The notes: generated by a model not told the origin, from the letters alone. 64,000 bases of DNA from Candidatus Spongiisociaceae bacterium (GCA_965219685.1 CBDCOH010000002.1:1984001-2048000); one strand, 5' to 3'; shown: positions 10,531-19,844, counted from the first letter of the stretch. Made by a program: numbers and translations.

Positions 10531-10700
10531 GCCGGTTGCACAGGGCTGCGATCGTGCTGTCCGGAGAAAAAGGGGCCTGCTTTGCGATTTGAGGGCTCCA
10601 TTCGCTATATATATGTGGTCCGAGTGTCGCAGGATCGACGCACGCCACTCTGGATTCGTGTGCCACTGGCACGACAAGCAAGTGAGCGGGAGGAGCCCGA

Positions 10701-12503
10701 ATGAAGAGATTTGCAAGCGTCATCGTATTGATGACCGCCCTTGCGCTGCTGGCCTCGGCCTGCGGCGACGATGGCGCAACGGAGGAAGCGGAAGCTGCCG
10801 CCGCCCAAGCCGCGGCCGAAGCAGCCGCCGCCCAAGCCGCCGCCGACGAGCAGGCTGCCGCCGCTGCTGCGGCCCAGGCCGCCGCCGACGAGGCCGCCGC
10901 CGACGCCGCCGACGCGCAGGCCGCCCTGGAGCAGGCCCAGGCCGATCTGGAGGCCACCATGGCTGCCGCCGAAGCAGGCGACGCTGAGGCGCAAGCCGCC
11001 TTGGAAGCGGCCGAGATGAAGGCCGAGGAGGCTGCCTCGATGGCCGAGGAAGCCCAGATGGCTGCCGAAGAAGCCTCGATGATGGCCGAGGAAGCCGAGA
11101 TGGCGCTGGCGGAGTCCATGATGGTGGAGGCGCCCGAGATCCGGGCCGCCGAGGTCGCCATGGGTATCTATCCCTGCTGCGCCGACCTCGCCTACTGGCA
11201 GATCCCGCTCGAGTTGGGATGGTGGGAAGAGTGGGGTATCACCATCACCCCGAACCAGCCGACCTATCACTACTTCACCGCCTCCCAGGAGATCGTTCCC
11301 TGGCTGCAGCGTGGTGACGGCGACGTTGCGCAGGGTTGGGTACCTGGCGTTTTCGGAACTCTGGAGACCTTCGGTCAGACGATTCCGCCCATCCACTTTG
11401 CTGACATCTACGTCGGCTACGCCATCCTGGTAGCCCCGGACAGCGAGGCCAAGACCGCAATCGAGTTCATGGATGAGGGCATGAGCTTCGCGGACGCGGC
11501 CACGGCAGCGGTACAGCAGCTGGTCGGTAAGGAAGTCCATATCCCGCCGCATAGCACGACGCAGTCCCAGTACTCGGATGCCTTCTTCGCCTACCTGCCC
11601 CAGTGGTGGGAGGATGTCCAGGAAGACATCCCGGCGCTTGACGGCGAAGGCAACCAGTTGGTCCTCCTCAACAGGGACGGAACCCCCGCCCTTGACGACG
11701 ACGGGAACACGCAGCCGATCCGCATCACTACCAACGACTGGCGTAACTACTCCACTCCGGTGTATGTGGATGATCCCACCATCGTGCAGCTCTCGGCACA
11801 AGCGGGCCGTATCGAGTTCGCCATGCCCTATGGCGCTCCAACCCTGGTGCAGATGATGCGCAACGGCTGGGATCCGCTGATCAACTTCGCGATGATGTAT
11901 GAGCACGACGCTCTCTCGCAGCAGACCGCGATCGCCTCGTCCACCGTCGGTGGCACCGGCCTCTTGGCTCGCCGCGAGTGGGTCGAGGAGAACAAGGACC
12001 TGGCATACCGGGTCGTCGCGATGGCGAACCGTATCCTTGCGTATCTCGAGGACCCCGCAACCCAGGAAACGGGTTGGGAGATCGAGGCCAACATCATCAA
12101 CGAGAAGCGCGGCCTCACCATGGAGCCCGCTGACATCGGAGTGATCTGGGATACGATCGATCCGTCCTTCAACTGGCAAGACCAGGAAGCTCTGTGGGAT
12201 CTGAGCTTGCCGAGCTACCACCCCGAGACCGTATTCAGGACCCAGATCGAGGCCCTGAAGGCAAGGGGAGTCCTGTCCGAGACCTACGACACTCAGGCGG
12301 GATTGGAAGAGTTCCTGCTGGCCCAGGAGATCTACTACGACCTCAAGGACATGCAGGATCGCTCGGATGATCTGTTCGCTCGGGCGAGCGGCATGGACTT
12401 GTCGGACAGCCAGCAGGCTTTGATCGACCAGGCCCAGGCCCTCTACAACGACTACAACTTCTACGACAGTCTTCGCTTCCTTGAGGCAGCCCTGATCGGC
12501 TAG
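10701..12503 (+). CDS. ABC substrate-binding lipoprotein (probably NitT/TauT/Thi5-type) with Ala/Glu coiled-coil stalk
   Basis: Lipobox LASAC, SD GGAGGAG; first gene before two NitT/TauT-type permeases and an ATPase. Family assigned mainly from context. Confidence 0.75.
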   Translation: MKRFASVIVLMTALALLASACGDDGATEEAEAAAAQAAAEAAAAQAAADEQAAAAAAAQAAADEAAADAADAQAALEQAQADLEATMAAAEAGDAEAQAALEAAEMKAEEAASMAEEAQMAAEEASMMAEEAEMALAESMMVEAPEIRAAEVAMGIYPCCADLAYWQIPLELGWWEEWGITITPNQPTYHYFTASQEIVPWLQRGDGDVAQGWVPGVFGTLETFGQTIPPIHFADIYVGYAILVAPDSEAKTAIEFMDEGMSFADAATAAVQQLVGKEVHIPPHSTTQSQYSDAFFAYLPQWWEDVQEDIPALDGEGNQLVLLNRDGTPALDDDGNTQPIRITTNDWRNYSTPVYVDDPTIVQLSAQAGRIEFAMPYGAPTLVQMMRNGWDPLINFAMMYEHDALSQQTAIASSTVGGTGLLARREWVEENKDLAYRVVAMANRILAYLEDPATQETGWEIEANIINEKRGLTMEPADIGVIWDTIDPSFNWQDQEALWDLSLPSYHPETVFRTQIEALKARGVLSETYDTQAGLEEFLLAQEIYYDLKDMQDRSDDLFARASGMDLSDSQQALIDQAQALYNDYNFYDSLRFLEAALIG

Positions 12504-12553
12504 CCTCATCCGACGAAGACAACGGGACCTGCCTAAATCAGGCAAGTGAGAAG

Positions 12554-12596
12554 AGCCGGCGCGGGGTCGGATTATCCATCCGGCCTCGCGTTGGCT
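12554..12596 (+). terminator. Stem-loop after binding-protein gene (terminator or mRNA stabiliser)
   Basis: GCCGGCGCGGGGTCGGA-ttatcca-TCCGGCCTCGCGTTGGC pairs with G:U wobbles; only a short T run follows. Confidence 0.6.
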
Positions 12597-12673
12597 TGTG
12601 ACTAGACACCAACCAGATCAACCTCCTAAGAGCACTCCGTCAGTCGCCACCACACAAAGGGGCTTGAGATCCA

Positions 12674-13762
12674 GTGACGATGACCTCCACCGACGTTCTC
12701 GATGTGAGAGCCAAGGCACAACGAGAAAGAAGACGGCGCAGAATTGCTAGTGTTATCTATATTGCGATAGGGATAACGCTATTCTTCGTTGCTTGGATAC
12801 TGCTCTCCCTTGAGGTTTCCCCTTGGCACTACGACATTCCGCCGCCGTTCGGCGCGGTGGGCCCCTTCCAGGACATACTTAACGGCGTTTGGGGACTGTT
12901 CCAGGAAGAAGGCGCAATAGCCCACTTCTGGCACAACCTCGGTACCAGCCAGGACATGAAGATAAAGTTCGTCCACGCCTGCCCGGATCTCCATCCGGCA
13001 AACGTCAACAATCCGTTCAGACAAGTCATCTCCAGCCTGATGGGATGGAAGTACACGTCTGAAACCGCCGCCCTAACCGGTGGTCCTCTACCGGTTCCTA
13101 TCGGCCAGCTACCTGATTATTGCTATGGCTACGCCACCCATCTAGTTGTAACGATCATCCGGATCCTGCTCGGCGCTGCGTTCGGCACCATTGCAGGTCT
13201 CGCAATCGGCCTGTCGAGCCTCGTGTTCCCGAAGGTCGCCCAGGTCTTCACCCCGGTGGCCTCTTTCTTCGGAACCGCCCCCATCTTCATAGCCGCACCG
13301 TTCTTCGTCATCTGGTTCGGGGTAGAGGTTCCGATCATGACCACGATCGGCCTGGTGACCTTCTACACGACCCTGCTCATGTACTTCTTCAGCCGGCGGG
13401 CCGCCGAGAACATTCCCGTAGGGATCGTCGAGTCGGCGCTAACCCTGGGCGGAACACCTCGTTCGATATTCCGCTGGGTCTACCTGCCCGGAACGGTTCC
13501 CGAGATCGCTGGAGGATTCCGCATCGCGCTGGCGGGCGCGTGGGGCTTGGGTGTCCTGGTCGAGGTGCTCGGAATACAGGTCGGCGGCGGGCACCTGGTC
13601 GACATCTGGAGGTTCCTCATCGGCCAGATCCAAGCCCCATCTGCACTCGTGGCGTTGATCACCTTCTACGGAGTTCTTGCGGTGGTGGTCGATGCATTGC
13701 TGCTGGTGATCATCCGTTACCTGACCAGGTGGTCCGAGGCTGGCCGCCGACTAGGGCTGTAG
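12674..13762 (+). CDS. ABC transporter permease (NitT/TauT/SsuC-type)
   Basis: Multiple hydrophobic segments; ESALTLGG EAA loop; YLPGTVPEIAGGFRIAL. Confidence 0.85.
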   Translation: MTMTSTDVLDVRAKAQRERRRRRIASVIYIAIGITLFFVAWILLSLEVSPWHYDIPPPFGAVGPFQDILNGVWGLFQEEGAIAHFWHNLGTSQDMKIKFVHACPDLHPANVNNPFRQVISSLMGWKYTSETAALTGGPLPVPIGQLPDYCYGYATHLVVTIIRILLGAAFGTIAGLAIGLSSLVFPKVAQVFTPVASFFGTAPIFIAAPFFVIWFGVEVPIMTTIGLVTFYTTLLMYFFSRRAAENIPVGIVESALTLGGTPRSIFRWVYLPGTVPEIAGGFRIALAGAWGLGVLVEVLGIQVGGGHLVDIWRFLIGQIQAPSALVALITFYGVLAVVVDALLLVIIRYLTRWSEAGRRLGL

Positions 13763-13780
13763 ACAAGGAGGAAAACATCT

Positions 13781-14557
13781 ATGTCAAGAGTCGTCAGCTT
13801 CGAGGGCCTCTGGTGCGTGTTCGAGCACCGGTCCGGCCAACTCGTCAACGCCCTCCACGATGTGAATTTCGAGGTCCAGCCGGGCGAATTCGTGTGCGTG
13901 GTCGGACGATCCGGCCACGGTAAGACCACCCTGCTACGGGTTCTGGCCGGGCTTCAACCACCGACCGCCGGCCAGACCAGGCTGGGAGACCAGGTTGTAG
14001 AAGGACCCGGTGCCGACCGGGCGATGGTGTTCCAGCAGGACACCGTCTTTCCGTGGCTTCACGTCCGGGAGAACGTCGAATTCGGCCTCCGCGCCCTTAA
14101 GGTGGACGACGAAGAACGCAAGAAGACGACAGCCCACTGGTTGGAGGCGGTCGGGCTGACCGACTTCGCCGACTCGTGGCCGCGGGAGCTCTCCGGAGGA
14201 ATGCGCAAGCGGGTGGCGCTGGCGTCAGCCATGGCGGTCGGCTCCGATGTGATACTCATGGACGAACCCTTCGGTTCCCTCGACTACTTCACCCGCCGGA
14301 ATCTCCATGACGTGCTCCTGGACCTGTGGGAAGAGACGCAGAAGACCGTCTTCTTCGTGACCCACGACATCGAGGAGGCTCTGATACTGGCCGATCGGGT
14401 GATCCTCCTGGCCGAAGGAAAGCTGGTGGACGACATCCGGGTCGACCTGCCACGCCCTCGTGACGAGGATGTGCGAGCCAGCGCGGCCGCCGTCGATATC
14501 ACCAAGACGATCCTGGCCCACCTGGGCATCACCGAAGAGGAAGCGACCCAGGTTTGA
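13781..14557 (+). CDS. ABC transporter ATP-binding protein (NitT/TauT/SsuB-type)
   Basis: GRSGHGKT, VFQQDTVFPW, LSGGMRKR, LMDEPF, THDIEEA. Confidence 0.95.
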   Translation: MSRVVSFEGLWCVFEHRSGQLVNALHDVNFEVQPGEFVCVVGRSGHGKTTLLRVLAGLQPPTAGQTRLGDQVVEGPGADRAMVFQQDTVFPWLHVRENVEFGLRALKVDDEERKKTTAHWLEAVGLTDFADSWPRELSGGMRKRVALASAMAVGSDVILMDEPFGSLDYFTRRNLHDVLLDLWEETQKTVFFVTHDIEEALILADRVILLAEGKLVDDIRVDLPRPRDEDVRASAAAVDITKTILAHLGITEEEATQV

Positions 14558-15780
14558 GCCTCACCCGACTGTTGCGGATCCTGTTCTGGATCGGATGGGC
14601 CGCCTGGTTCTTCGTCTCGGCCCTGCTCGTCCTCGGCGCTTCCACCGTTTCACCGCTGGGAGACTGGCGATTCGAAGACGGCCAACTCCATCTGACCTGG
14701 TTGTTTATCTTTCTCTGGGCGGTCTTGTTCTGGGCTTACACATTCATCCTCCGGTTCCGAGCCTCGATCGCAGCAGTCAGAAAGATAGGCAAGGCCATCA
14801 GGGGTCTGCCTCAGCGCATCGGGAGAGCCGCTAAGGCCAACCCGCTGTTCTTCATCACCTGGGCGGTGCTGCTCGTGGGCTGGCAGATCACGTCCTACAT
14901 CGCGCCCAAGGGGACTCTCGAGCATCCGCTCGTACCCGGGTTCGACTACATCATCTACAACGCCCTCTACAGACTGTCGGGCAACTGGGACCTGTTCGGA
15001 GGATTCAGCTTCGGCGGACTGACCGTGCTGTTCGGAGAGTTGGCGCCATTCCCCGCCATAGAGGGTGCCGAGTCGAGGACCTGGACAGCTGTGTTCCTGG
15101 CTCTGGGCTTCCACTCCTTCATGACCCTGTCCCGACTGGTGGCAGGCTTGGGTGTCGGGTTGATAGCCGGTCTGGCCACCGGGCTCGCCCTTCCCTACTG
15201 GTCCGCCCTGCGCCAGATATCGTGGGCGCCGTTCAACTTCCTCAGAATGATCCCGTTGCTGGCGGCGATCCCATGGATGCAGTTCGCCCTGGGAGTCGAC
15301 CTCCGCGCCACCACCCTCTTCATCGGCTTCGGCGTGTGGGTGATGCTGGTGGTAGCGACCATGAACGCCGTGGCCAACGTGCCCGACAGATACATCGAGA
15401 GCGCCCGTACCCTGGGCGCGTCGCGGCTGCGCACCTACCTCAAGGTGATCGTGCCGGGGGCCATGCCGGAATTGCGCACCGCGCTCCTGCTGGCCGGTGG
15501 GCTCGGGTGGTCGTTGACGATCGCCGCCGAGTTTCTGGGCTTCCCGACCGGATTGGGCTTCATGGCCGCTGCGGCGGTTCAGGAAACCAACACGGCTCGG
15601 CTGGTGATCGTGGCCATCGTGGTCGCCTTCTACTCGCTGCTGACCTTCTACCTTCTCAACCAGTTGTTCAACCGGATGGTCAGCTGGATGCCGCAACGGA
15701 CCAGCGGGACCACGGACATCTCCAAGGTGGCTGGCGCCGCCGGCGCTGCAGGTCGCGCCGGAGACCAACTCCACGAATAG
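14554..15780 (+). CDS. ABC transporter permease (NitT/TauT-type)
   Basis: Hydrophobic segments; YIESARTLGAS EAA loop; IVPGAMPEL; TTG start overlapping the upstream stop. Confidence 0.87.
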   Translation: MSLTRLLRILFWIGWAAWFFVSALLVLGASTVSPLGDWRFEDGQLHLTWLFIFLWAVLFWAYTFILRFRASIAAVRKIGKAIRGLPQRIGRAAKANPLFFITWAVLLVGWQITSYIAPKGTLEHPLVPGFDYIIYNALYRLSGNWDLFGGFSFGGLTVLFGELAPFPAIEGAESRTWTAVFLALGFHSFMTLSRLVAGLGVGLIAGLATGLALPYWSALRQISWAPFNFLRMIPLLAAIPWMQFALGVDLRATTLFIGFGVWVMLVVATMNAVANVPDRYIESARTLGASRLRTYLKVIVPGAMPELRTALLLAGGLGWSLTIAAEFLGFPTGLGFMAAAAVQETNTARLVIVAIVVAFYSLLTFYLLNQLFNRMVSWMPQRTSGTTDISKVAGAAGAAGRAGDQLHE

Positions 15781-15835
15781 TCCGAATCGACAACGGGATT
15801 CGGCCCAGGGCAGTGACCCCGCCACGACATAGATC

Positions 15836-16750
15836 GTGCTGATCGGGGCCGTATTCGGACTGATCACGGCGGTGACGCTGGGCGTCAATAACCTGCTCAC
15901 CGCGGTTGTGGCCCGCCGGTTCGGGGTTCTGCGCTCCACCACCGTCACCCTGACCATCGCCTTCGTGGTGATGATCGCCTGGGCGGTGGCGATCGGTGTT
16001 CCCTTCGAGATCACGAGGGACCAGATCATCCTGCTTGGCCTGCTCGGTGCAGCCGCCGCCACGTCCTTCCTGGGGAGCTACATGGCCCTGCGCCTCGGCC
16101 CGGTCTCGGTGGTGAGTCCCATCTCGGCCCTGTCGGGCGCCATCACCGTGCTCTATTCCTACTGGCTGCTCGCGGAGCGGCCCACCGCGGTGCAGTGGAT
16201 CGGGATTCCCATCGCCGCGGCAGGGGCGGTCCTGGCTTCGCTGGTGATCGAGAAGGGCGCCAAGATCCGCCTGGTCACATGGGGCCCGGTCTTCGCAATG
16301 ATCGCGGTGCTGGTGGGCTCGCTCTCCAACGCCGGGCTGAAGATCCCCATCCGTGACGGCCTCGACTCCAACTGGACCATCATCACCCAGCGGTTCTACA
16401 CCGTGGCCTACGTCGCCCTGATCTTCGTGATCATCGCCCGGATAACCCAGAACAGGAACCGGGAGGGGAGGGCGTCTCGCCTGGAGGACTGGGACAAGAG
16501 GCAGTCGAAGATCACCTGGCGCAACGGATGGCTGCTGGGCCTGGTGGGCGTCATCGACGCCGTCTCCTTCGTGACCTTCGGTTACGGCCTGGCCTACGCC
16601 CCGGCCTGGCTGATCGGGATCCTCTCCCAGAGCGGCCGGGTGATCGCGGTGGTCGGCGGAGTGATCTTCTTCCACGAGCGACTCCACCACCTGCAGTGGA
16701 CCGGGGTAGGCCTCGTGGGCGTCGGGCTGGTGATGTCCATCGCCGGCTAG
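15836..16750 (+). CDS. EamA/DMT family transporter
   Basis: About 10 hydrophobic helices in two repeats; GPVSVVSPI, LLAERP, FFHERL. Confidence 0.88.
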   Translation: MLIGAVFGLITAVTLGVNNLLTAVVARRFGVLRSTTVTLTIAFVVMIAWAVAIGVPFEITRDQIILLGLLGAAAATSFLGSYMALRLGPVSVVSPISALSGAITVLYSYWLLAERPTAVQWIGIPIAAAGAVLASLVIEKGAKIRLVTWGPVFAMIAVLVGSLSNAGLKIPIRDGLDSNWTIITQRFYTVAYVALIFVIIARITQNRNREGRASRLEDWDKRQSKITWRNGWLLGLVGVIDAVSFVTFGYGLAYAPAWLIGILSQSGRVIAVVGGVIFFHERLHHLQWTGVGLVGVGLVMSIAG

Positions 16751-16899
16751 CAGCCCTCCGAGGTCGTTACGTTTTCGAACATCTCCGGTCGACCGAGCAT
16801 GAACGACCATCTGGTCTATATCCTCCAATGCTGTATTGTGTTATCGAATGATGATGAATCTTGAGGATCCCAAGGGGATTCCAGGCGGTCAGGAACAAG

Positions 16900-17268
16900 A
16901 TGCAAACCTTGACATACCAGGACGCGGCCCGGCAACTGCTGGCCCAGAGCTTCGAGGAGCTATCCGCAGGCAACTCCCGCCAAGCCTCGGGAAGGGGCTG
17001 GGAAGCAACCGCCCAGATGATCAAAGCCGTCGCCGCCGACCGCGGCTGGGAACACGACGACACCGCCGCCCTGTACAGAGTCATCAGCAGGCTCGTGAAG
17101 GAAACCGGCGACGACGACATCCGGCGCCGGTTCGCTACAGCCAACGCCCTCCACCTGAACTTCAACGAGAACTGGGGCACCGCCGACTACGTAGCCGGAC
17201 AACTGGCCTACCTACGGGAACTGCTCGACAAACTGGAACGGCTGCTCGACCACGACACAACACCATGA
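16900..17268 (+). CDS. PaREP1-like (HEPN-superfamily) protein, copy 1
   Basis: QAS..GW.A.AQMIKAVAA.RGW.H and ANALH.NF.EN pattern; several consensus residues changed relative to copies 2 and 3. Confidence 0.75.
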   Translation: MQTLTYQDAARQLLAQSFEELSAGNSRQASGRGWEATAQMIKAVAADRGWEHDDTAALYRVISRLVKETGDDDIRRRFATANALHLNFNENWGTADYVAGQLAYLRELLDKLERLLDHDTTP

Positions 17269-17278
17269 GGAGACCGCT

Positions 17279-17645
17279 GTGCAGACCCTGACATACCAGG
17301 ACGCAGCCCGCCAACTGTTGGCCCAGAGCTTCGAGGAGCTATCCGCAGGCGACTCCCGGCAGGCATCGGAGAAAGCCTGGGGCGCAGCCGCACAGATCGT
17401 CAAAGCCGTCGCAGCCGACCGCGGCTGGAAACACAACAACCATGCCGCCCTACAGGGTCATCGACCGGCTGGTCAACGAAACCGGCGACAACAGCATCCG
17501 CGTCGGGTTCGGCATGGCCAACGCCCTCCACCAGAACCTCTACGAAAACTGGGGCAACTCCAACTACGTGGCCGGAGGGCTGGGAGACGTGGGGGAACTG
17601 CTCGACAAACTGGAACGGCTCCTCGACTACGACACGACAGGATGA
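17279..17645 (+). pseudogene. PaREP1-like protein, copy 2, frameshifted
   Basis: QASEKAWGAAAQ in one frame and ANALHQNLYEN in another; 2-bp deletion near 17450 (GCCGCCC--TACAG vs GCCGCCCTGTACAG); 367 vs 369 bp. Confidence 0.8.
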
Positions 17646-17655
17646 GGAGACTGCC

Positions 17656-18024
17656 GTGCAGACGTTGACATACCAGGACGCGGCCCGGCAACTGCTCGCC
17701 CAAGGCTACGAGGAGTTGGCCGCGGGCGACACCCGGCAGGCATCGGAAAAAGGCTGGGGAGCCGCCGCACAGATGATCAAAGCCGTCGCCTCCAGCCGCG
17801 GCTGGACACATAACAGCCATGCCGCTCTCTATAAAGTCATCGACCGGCTGGTCAAGGAAACCGGCCATAGTGGGATCCACCTACGATTCAGCACAGCCAA
17901 CGCCCTGCACCAGAACTTCTACGAGAACTGGGGCAGCCCCGACTACGTAGCCATCGGGTTGGCAGACATCAGCGAACTGCTCGAAAGGTTGGAACCCTTG
18001 CTGGAGCCGGACACAACAGTATGA
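17656..18024 (+). CDS. PaREP1-like protein, copy 3 (closest to consensus)
   Basis: QASEKGWGAAAQMIKAVASSRGWTHNSH, ANALHQNFYENW; GTG start after GAGGAG. Confidence 0.82.
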   Translation: MQTLTYQDAARQLLAQGYEELAAGDTRQASEKGWGAAAQMIKAVASSRGWTHNSHAALYKVIDRLVKETGHSGIHLRFSTANALHQNFYENWGSPDYVAIGLADISELLERLEPLLEPDTTV

Positions 18025-18034
18025 GGAGACCGCC

Positions 18035-18140
18035 GTGGAGACGCTGACATACCAGGACGCGGACCGGCAACTACCGGCCCCGAGCTTCGTAGAGCTATCC
18101 CCGGCGACTCCCGGAAGGTGGACCGACAGGCGACTGGTAG
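18035..18140 (+). pseudogene. PaREP1-like copy 4, truncated remnant
   Basis: Same GAGGAGACCGCCGTG junction and ETLTYQDA.RQL start; similarity is lost after about 90-100 bp. End coordinate approximate. Confidence 0.7.
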
Positions 18141-18245
18141 CCCTCCCAGGCTTCGCCCACCGCGTATTCGCCCGAGACCATCTACTGGCGGCAACACCTG
18201 GCCGGTTGCTGCTCCCGGCCCGATTCAACGTAAGAGAACACTCCC

Positions 18246-19301
18246 GTGTCGAACGAGCGCGGGACTACAGAAAGGAACCAACCCATGTTCATGGCGATCC
18301 TCGCAATCGTCCTAGCAGTGGTCGGGGTTGTACTGCTCACCATTTTCCTCAGGACCAGAAAGCGCGCCAGCAAGGAGACCGATAGCTACAGGCAGCGGGA
18401 TCTGGCGGGGACCGCCGCGTTCATCGGCGTCGTCGCAGCGGTGGCGGGGACCGCCGCGGTCGCTCTCGCGATAGCGTCCCTCGTCGCCATCGTTCCGGCC
18501 AACCATGCGGGAGTGGAGGTCCTGTTCGGCAAGCCCACGAGGGTGTTCGGAGAGGGTCTGAACCTCAAGAATCCACTGGCCAGCGTGGTCGAGATGCCCG
18601 GCCTGCAACAGGAGTCCACCTACAGCAACACCGTGGACGAAGGCGATCGGGGCGGGCCCGACGCGGTCGTCGCCCAGACCACCGACAACCTGGACGTCGA
18701 CGTGGACGCCTCGGTGTTGTGGAGTTTGAACCTGGAAGGGACCGCCCCGGTCGGCACGTACCGTGAGTACCGGACTATCGAACAGGTCCGCGCGGTCTTG
18801 CTGAGGCCGGTAAGCCGGGACGCTATCCGCGTCTGCATCGCCCGGTTCAACTTCGAGGAGGCCAGAACCATCGGCCGTGAACAGATCGGTGACTGCTCGG
18901 CCCAGGCCATAGCAACCGCGGTGTTCCCGTTCGTCATCGTCAGGGATGTACAGATACGGGAGATGTCGGCATCGCCCGAAGTCATGGCTGCCATCGACCG
19001 TAAGGCGGCGGCGGAGCAGGCAGCACGGGAGGCGGAGTTCCGACGGGACCAGGCGGCCATCGACGCCGAGACGGCCCGTATCGCCGCGGAGGGTGTTGCC
19101 AACGCCGAGATCGAGCGGGCGCGAGGTATCGCCGAGGCCAACCGGCTGGTCGACGAGAGCCTGACCCCGACACTGCTCGAGTACCGGAAGGTCGAGTTCC
19201 TGTCCCAGAGCAACAACACCGTTTGGGTGTTAGGCGGCGACAACTCGCCCGAGTTGGTGATTCCGGTCGGCGGGCCGATACCACCCGACGAGGAGGAATA
19301 G
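18246..19301 (+). CDS. SPFH/prohibitin (band 7) family membrane protein
   Basis: Two N-terminal TM segments, IVPANHAGVEVLFG, EGLNLKNP, AIDRKAAAEQ, ARGIAEAN coiled coil; start may be ATG 18284. Confidence 0.88.
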   Translation: MSNERGTTERNQPMFMAILAIVLAVVGVVLLTIFLRTRKRASKETDSYRQRDLAGTAAFIGVVAAVAGTAAVALAIASLVAIVPANHAGVEVLFGKPTRVFGEGLNLKNPLASVVEMPGLQQESTYSNTVDEGDRGGPDAVVAQTTDNLDVDVDASVLWSLNLEGTAPVGTYREYRTIEQVRAVLLRPVSRDAIRVCIARFNFEEARTIGREQIGDCSAQAIATAVFPFVIVRDVQIREMSASPEVMAAIDRKAAAEQAAREAEFRRDQAAIDAETARIAAEGVANAEIERARGIAEANRLVDESLTPTLLEYRKVEFLSQSNNTVWVLGGDNSPELVIPVGGPIPPDEEE

Positions 19302-19442
19302 GGACCAGATGACCGGGGAGGCTCGGTCGACTCGGGCGTCCCCGTCTCGCGCAACTCGGGTCAGAACCACGTGCCTAGACGGCGGCACTCAGCACCACCC
19401 GAGTGTCCGATTCCTGGGTTCGTGATGGAAATCCAGAACGTA

Positions 19443-19688
19443 CGTGCCACGCGGCCAGGCAGGCCCCGGAAGCCGAGAACGCGAAAACCTCCCCGACCGT
19501 ACCCCTCCGGTGGGCCCACCCCCTACCGCCACCTCCAAAGCCTACGAACGCGTCCCGCCATCCCCACAGCAGGTCGGCTCCTACAACATGATCCCCGCCC
19601 CGGTCCGATCGGTACCGCAACGGACCGTTGGTGTTTACGGCTACTTGCCAGTATGCAACGGGACTGTGACACGGGCAACCCCCTCGTA
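19443..19688 (-). repeat. Dispersed ~250-bp non-coding element, copy A, with promoter-like head
   Basis: Collinear similarity to 50795-51045 in the opposite orientation; TTGCCC-N17-CATACT containing TGTCAC-N10-CATACT (19671-19650). Confidence 0.7.
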
Positions 19689-19844
19689 ACGAACTTGTAG
19701 CGAGAACGCTCGGTCCCCAACCCCGCTTCTCTGGCACAGGTGCCTTGTCCCGTTCCGAGTGGCGGAGCATCTCGACTGCCTCTCCGTCAGAGCATCATCC
19801 CGGCAGTCACCGCACGGCGATCAAGCGGCGGACGTCTCCGGCCG

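Noticed and set aside
10605-12545. Long antisense ORFs (also 41167-42849, 39616-41124, 14650-16062)
   Set aside because: Mirror frames of real genes, with no recognisable motifs.
16775-16792. TCGAAC-ATCTCC-GGTCGA as a LexA box upstream of the PaREP1 array
   Set aside because: The spacer is 6 nt rather than the 4 nt of the actinobacterial TCGAAC-N4-GTTCGA consensus, and the right half is imperfect.
16900-18140. Diversity-generating retroelement or integron as the cause of the PaREP1 array
   Set aside because: No reverse transcriptase or integrase in the window, differences are not confined to adenines, and the 10-bp intergenic gaps leave no room for attC sites.
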